Shown here piece after piece: positions 62,218 to 64,000 of a stretch of 64,000 bases of DNA; positions within the stretch are counted from its first letter, which is position 1; the number at the start of each line of letters is the position of its first letter. The DNA lies in contig OX597825.1 of assembly GCA_951406725.2 (NCBI GenBank), positions 42,594,001-42,658,000 on the forward strand, written 5' to 3'. The notes below the pieces were generated by a model. The model ran no database searches, was not told the origin of the DNA, and saw nothing but the letters and a program-made list of their open reading frames with translations. A program made the position numbers and the translations under genes. This stretch comes from Octopus vulgaris. Its lineage: Eukaryota.

Positions 62218-63704
62218 AAATAATATTAGACGAAGATTTGTCTGGTGGTTTTAATTAATATGTACTTTGGAGATATGGGTAGTATGGGTAATTGGTTAAA
62301 GGGAGCACTCAGATAGTTTGAGTCAGCTGTTCATATCCGTTCACTGGTACTACTCTAGGCACATGGACGTAAAACACATTTTTAGGAAAATTAGTTTTCT
62401 TTAGATATACATGCACTAAATATGCAATTGTTCTGTAGTCAGCAGCAATACTTTATAATTAAAACTTTTTTTTGGTAATTTCCACTGCTGAGTTCAACTT
62501 CTATGCATGAAACCATTCAAATCTACCAGTAATATGTTATATAAAAGAGCTTTGTCTTTACAGAAAATAATATTATACTGCTCTATGACATTTAACACTG
62601 AGAGGAAATATATTTTGTATGAACTGAAGTAGTTACTACCAGTTTCTAAATACTGATATGCTGATAGATATTTTAATTTGAACATGATTAGGAAGAATTT
62701 GTAAAAGGTGAGAAGGAAGCAATACACACAAGTTTGATTATGCAAGTCTTGGTGTGAAAATTTAATAAACTCCATTATATTACTGGTATTTTATTGATTC
62801 TCAAAGGATTTTGATCTTACATTAGATTAATATTGGGCTAAATACAAAATATCCTGTATTTGCTGAGTACTTTCTACTTGAACACTGATGTCATTAGAAA
62901 ATTGTCACTAATTAACCAAAACATTGAAGATATTTTTTTCAAAGGTAGTTAGGGGGAAGAAAAGAGAACTATAGCATGTGAGACTGGTGCAGCTGAGGTA
63001 CTTATAATACTGTTAGTTAATGCTAGTAAGAATCAAGTAAACAGGGAAGGAATGCAAGTGTAAAGTGTCTAATACAAGAACTTGAAGGTGAGACACAGCA
63101 GTAATGATGAGAGGAGGAGAAATGAGTGTGTCATATGGACATATAAGGAAGGGCGTACTGTTAACAACTAGTTAAGAGTCGTTGGAACAAGTGCTGAATG
63201 GATTGAGAAGCTGATGAACATAGCCCTTTCTGAATGATAAAACAGTGCATATAAAACTTAGCCTATAATGATATATTCAAATTATAATTGCCTTAAATTA
63301 ATAAAGAGAAGTATTTCAACGTACATAATGTACTTCTAGTGACTAAATGATTTCTAACTTTCTTTGTTTATTCATTACAATTTCTCATCAAAATAATGTT
63401 TTCCTGAATTTTAATTTTGATTTCAATTTGGAAATTGTGACAGATGATAAATTAATTTCTGTTAGAGAACACCAGGAACTTAACAATTATGAAACTTTTC
63501 TCTTTTATTAGTCTTTCTTATTTTGCAATTTAGGTATCATTGACAACAGGTATCCAAGTAGCCAAGCATCGAGTTTTGAGAGTGAGACTTACTATAATGT
63601 GCCTAACCTGATGCAACAGTCTGTGTTTGTGAAGCTCTATACATTTTTTCAGCTGTTTTGCAAATTACATATATATGCATGTGCACTCACAAACATGCAT
63701 ACAT

Positions 63705-63860
63705 ACATCCTCCTCCTCATCAATCTATGCTCATTTTCCATGCCAGGGCAGGTTGGCTAGTAAGTTTACAGTATCCAATGGACCATATCTTGCTCCAATG
63801 TCTTGACATAGGCATATTTTCTAACACCAACTACTTTAGAAAATGTACTGGGAGCTATTT
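63705..63860 (-). mobile_element. Very decayed RTE-tail element
   Basis: catcctcctcctcatcaat...ttttccatgccagggcaggttgg...ctaacaccaactact resembles the 3848-4010 family. Confidence 0.45.
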
Positions 63861-64000
63861 TCATAGTGTTAGCACAACTGAGGCTGCCTTAAAATTTGAA
63901 AGACTAAAGAGCCTCTTGACTGTGAGGAAGATGACTTCATGCAAAGTGTTGAGAGATGAACATGTGATAGGAAGAACAAGAACAGCTGTATTACTGTCAA

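Noticed and set aside
9060-63220. Other CTGATGA occurrences (e.g. ~9064, 34076, 35433, 45412, 46725, 63211) as hammerhead cores
   Set aside because: No flanking stem II plus GAAA and stem I pairing seen.

Overview
AT-rich eukaryotic DNA, very probably from a coleoid cephalopod (Octopus-like). This is an inference from the SINE families, RTE LINEs and microsatellite load. I cannot support any host protein-coding exon, rRNA gene, true tRNA gene or CRISPR array. The window reads as intergenic or intronic DNA built from nested transposable-element relics: four mariner copies or fragments, two Tc1 copies, a hAT, a Helitron Rep fragment plus non-autonomous Helitron ends, two Gypsy LTR-retrotransposon remnants, several RTE, CR1/L2-group and L1-group LINE pieces, many tRNA-headed SINEs, and long microsatellites. 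One RTE at 53.2-55.4 kb is young and nearly intact. Most ORFs in the supplied track are microsatellite artefacts. The most interesting signals are structural RNA motifs: minimal Penelope-type hammerhead-ribozyme-like motifs in three unrelated repeats, one an inverted pair whose reconstructed core has a G3/C8 swap. There are also several long palindromes or fold-backs that could be dsRNA (ADAR) substrates, and templated-insertion repair scars. All alignments and folds were done by eye. Boundaries are approximate unless stated.
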